Under the pieces are notes generated by a model. It was not told the DNA's origin. It did no database searches and worked only from the letters and a program-made list of their open reading frames with translations. DNA of 37,809 nucleotides from Hyalangium sp. GTDB lineage: Bacteria; Myxococcota; Myxococcia; Myxococcales; Myxococcaceae. The DNA is taken from positions 1 through 37,809 of the forward strand of contig NZ_JBJMQP010000096.1 of the NCBI RefSeq assembly GCF_045802625.1. Direction: 5' to 3'. Positions 35,861-37,809 of this stretch are shown here, piece by piece. The position numbers were made by a program, and so were the translations under genes. The stretch's first letter is position 1. Each line of letters opens with the position of its first letter.

Positions 35861-37056
35861 CGGAGCGACTTCGGCTGGACGGTCTGGCCTTCCTGGCGCA
35901 CCAGCCTGCCATCCGGGTCGTAGATGGAGCTGGCCAGCTCCAGGAAGCGGAAGGGGATCTTCATGTCGAGCCGGCGGGCCTTGCGGAAGTGGATGGCGAG
36001 ATCCGGCGGCGAGATGATGCCCACGGGGAGCCGCGACGCCGGCAGCCTGCTGTCCAGGATGCTCTGCACATAGAGCGCGCCCAGCTGCCCGGCGCTCTTG
36101 AAGGGCACGCCGATGGACATCACCGCACTGGCATCCCCCTCGCGCACCACCTCCCGCACGGAGCCGAGCACGGGGATGCCGGCGGAGAGGCGGTCAATCC
36201 TCTCCAGCTCGTCGTACACGGTCGAGGAGGTGGTGATCCAGAACAGGCTGTGCCGGGCCCCCGGGTCGATCTGGCGCATCGCGCGAGCCATTTTTGGGAG
36301 CTGCTCCGAGAGGAGTGTGCTCGCGGTGGCCTTGCCATTCACGGCCAGCTCCAGGAGCTGGAATCCGTCGCGGGCCGCCATGCGGCGCATCCCCTCCGCT
36401 TCGACCTCGACGGCGCTCTGGTTGCGCCGATCGTAGAGCACCGTCATCACCTTGAGAGGCCCCATCAGCTCCTGCAGGTAGTGGAGCTGCGCCTCCGGGG
36501 GGATGCTCAGCGAGACGAAGGCCATGTTGGACGGCCGGGTCCGCTGGGAGGCTCGCTCCTCGAAGCCAAGCCACAGCTCCGGATCCTTGCAGAGCGCCAC
36601 CACCGGCGTGGGCTGGTTGCCGAAGCGGTTGTAGAAGAACCGCGCCGCGTCCGAGCCCATGGCGATGATCAGGTCGAACTGCCCGGAGTCCGCCAGCGCC
36701 AGCATCCGCTCGTACTCGTCCCGGCTGCTGTCGAGCTTGTACAGCGTGAGCTCCACCGGGACGCCCTTGTCCCGGAAGACGGGCAACATCCCCTCGAGGA
36801 TCCAGTTGAGGCTGCTCTGGGCCACGGTGAAGAGGACGAGCACCTCGCGCGCTGGCGTGTGAGGATCGGGAGAGGACTCGGGCGAGATGCGGATCCGTCC
36901 CCGGGACGCCTCCAGCTTCCAACCCTTGCTCGCTTCGCCGGGCAGGGTGAGCCAGTGCGAGAGATCCTCGGGCTGGGCCTGGACGGGACCGGAAGCCGCC
37001 AGTGCCAGGAGCAGCCCCAGCAGCCTCCAGCTTCGCGCAGGGGAGCATTCACGCAT
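35857..37056 (-). CDS. ABC-transporter-type periplasmic substrate-binding protein (ABC_sub_bind / COG2984-like)
   Basis: Sec signal peptide MRECSPARSWRLLGLLLALAASGPVQA, then a two-lobed SBP. ATG 37056 overlaps the MFS stop by 8 nt. Confidence 0.7.
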   Translation of the reverse strand: MRECSPARSWRLLGLLLALAASGPVQAQPEDLSHWLTLPGEASKGWKLEASRGRIRISPESSPDPHTPAREVLVLFTVAQSSLNWILEGMLPVFRDKGVPVELTLYKLDSSRDEYERMLALADSGQFDLIIAMGSDAARFFYNRFGNQPTPVVALCKDPELWLGFEERASQRTRPSNMAFVSLSIPPEAQLHYLQELMGPLKVMTVLYDRRNQSAVEVEAEGMRRMAARDGFQLLELAVNGKATASTLLSEQLPKMARAMRQIDPGARHSLFWITTSSTVYDELERIDRLSAGIPVLGSVREVVREGDASAVMSIGVPFKSAGQLGALYVQSILDSRLPASRLPVGIISPPDLAIHFRKARRLDMKIPFRFLELASSIYDPDGRLVRQEGQTVQPKSLR

Positions 37057-37809
37057 GATGCACCTCGTGTCCGTGCAGGCGCCGGCTCGCCCAGGTGAAC
37101 CCGGCGCCGAGCAGGAGCGCCATGACGCCAAGCCACCCAAAGGCCTGGAACCGGTTCGGGTAGATGAGCAGCAGGGCGCTGACGAGCATGGGCCCCAGGC
37201 ACTGCCCGAGTCTGCTGATGAAGCGATGGAGGGCCAGGGACGTCCGCTCCTCTCCGCCCCCTTCCTGAGAGCGGGTGAGATGGCGCTCGAGGGGCGCGTG
37301 GATGAGTCCGTGAGACAGCCCCAGCAGCCCCAGCGCCAGGGCGCACAGCGCCTCTTCGCTCAGCCAACTCCCGAGTGCGGGCAGGGAGTCCACGAACCCG
37401 AGCGCGAGCAACCCCAGCCCAGTCCCCGCCATGCCAGCTTGGAGCAGCCTCCGCGGCCGGCCGGGCCCGCTGGGGAGCACGGTGAGCAGGTGATGGGACA
37501 GCATCACGCCCAGCGCATAGATCGCGAGCAGCTGACCGATCCGATCCAGGTCATAGCCCCTGCGCGTCAGCACCAGAGGCAACGCGAAGGAGAGGAGTCC
37601 GCTGCGGATGAGCAGGGTGGGTATTCCCACGAGCAGGGTCGCTCCGTGGAACCCTGGAGCCTTCCACGCCCGTGCCAACCCGGAGAGGGACGAAGGAGGA
37701 CGGGAGCGGCGAAGCACGGGGGGAGTGGGTCTGCTCCGAGGCGGGAGAGGAGGCAGAAGCACCAGCGCGTACGCCAGCGCAAGCAGGCCCGCGAGGCCGC
37801 TCAGCAGGA
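37049..37809 (-). CDS. MFS-type transporter, C-terminal half (5' end beyond window)
   Basis: At least 6 TM helices, with an MFS-like loop LTRRGYDLDRIGQ. The reading frame stays open to the window edge. Confidence 0.6.
   Translation of the reverse strand, partial: LLSGLAGLLALAYALVLLPPLPPRSRPTPPVLRRSRPPSSLSGLARAWKAPGFHGATLLVGIPTLLIRSGLLSFALPLVLTRRGYDLDRIGQLLAIYALGVMLSHHLLTVLPSGPGRPRRLLQAGMAGTGLGLLALGFVDSLPALGSWLSEEALCALALGLLGLSHGLIHAPLERHLTRSQEGGGEERTSLALHRFISRLGQCLGPMLVSALLLIYPNRFQAFGWLGVMALLLGAGFTWASRRLHGHEVHHA

Noticed and set aside
35989-37098. 369-aa + strand ORF
   Set aside because: It is antisense to the SBP gene.

Overview
This is a ~70% GC chromosome segment of myxobacterial type, with no rRNA, tRNA, CRISPR or intact IS element.

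- **1-5.9 kb:** the 3' end of the conserved spc/alpha ribosomal cluster (secY end, adk, map, infA, rpmJ, rpsM, rpsK, rpsD, rpoA, rplQ). It contains a structured rpsD-rpoA spacer.
- **5.9-12.5 kb:** a convergent plsC / TPR-lipoprotein / TM-protein operon, a deoxynucleoside-kinase gene translationally coupled to a hypothetical gene, and an FHA sigma54-type regulator whose ATPase and sigma54-contact motifs are degenerate.
- **12.5-18.7 kb, minus strand:** a tightly packed operon of eukaryote-like enzymes. It encodes a SET-domain methyltransferase, an NmrA-like NAD(P) protein and a protein-arginine-deiminase (PAD) homolog whose catalytic Cys and one Asp are replaced by Ser, followed by a secreted di-heme c-type cytochrome.
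- **18.8-20.2 kb:** a Cys/Arg-rich zinc-ribbon-like protein and a lower-GC ECF sigma factor with no cognate anti-sigma gene.
- **20.2-25.5 kb:** a PHA locus. It comprises phaB and phaC plus a membrane protein, transcribed divergently from a patatin-like hydrolase and a phasin-like small protein.
- **25.5-37.8 kb:** an accessory island that looks like an NTP-dependent conflict / programmed-cell-death system.
  - a cytoplasmic gingipain-like (C25) peptidase with a C-terminal IS3-OrfA-like HTH
  - a perfect CRP-type site, TGTGA-N6-TCACA
  - two paralogous, lower-GC small proteins of unknown function
  - a lipase_3/DUF2974-like protein with Asn in place of the nucleophilic Ser
  - an HNH nuclease and a signal-less GH19 lysozyme
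  - a 1580-aa CHAT(caspase-like)-STAND NTPase-TM-WD40 protein, translationally coupled to an ABC-type periplasmic binding protein and an MFS transporter

Most ORFs of 700-1000 aa in the six-frame track are antisense artefacts of the high GC content.
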